Shown here piece by piece: positions 63,984 through 64,000 of a DNA stretch of 64,000 nt. The DNA is from the human T2T-CHM13v2.0 reference genome, Homo sapiens: assembly GCF_009914755.1 (NCBI RefSeq), contig NC_060930.1. One strand, written 5' to 3'. Within the stretch, counting starts at the first letter, position 1. Every line of letters starts with the position of its first letter. The notes under the pieces are model-generated. The model was not told the DNA's origin. It ran no database searches and saw only the letters and a program-made list of their open reading frames with translations. The translations under genes were made by a program, and so were the position numbers.

Positions 63984-64000
63984 TAGGTAGGAAGTACTGG

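Overview
Primate (very likely human) genomic DNA, roughly half Alu by eye. It holds two divergently transcribed genes with separate CpG-island promoters about 10 kb apart. MDN1 (midasin) is on the - strand: only coding exon 1 (12865-12966) is present, and everything to its left is intron 1. CASP8AP2/FLASH is on the + strand: non-coding exon 1 at ~23.26-23.43 kb and coding exons 2-8, whose GT-AG junctions splice into one open frame of 1930 codons; the gene continues past the window end. Also present: a PIMREG (FAM64A) processed pseudogene nested in a MER4-type LTR, a U13 snoRNA retrocopy, several LTR, L1, L2, MIR and DNA-transposon relics, and microsatellites. I see no convincing novel biological system. 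The best leads are: (i) in-frame co-skipping of the two giant FLASH exons, which are separated by an intron built as a symmetric four-Alu fold-back; (ii) an unidentified poly(A)-tailed insert in CASP8AP2 intron 1; (iii) a perfect 55-bp duplication carrying an 18-bp palindrome; (iv) serial re-use of one retro-insertion site. Gene and repeat identities come from recognition, not searches; repeat boundaries are approximate.
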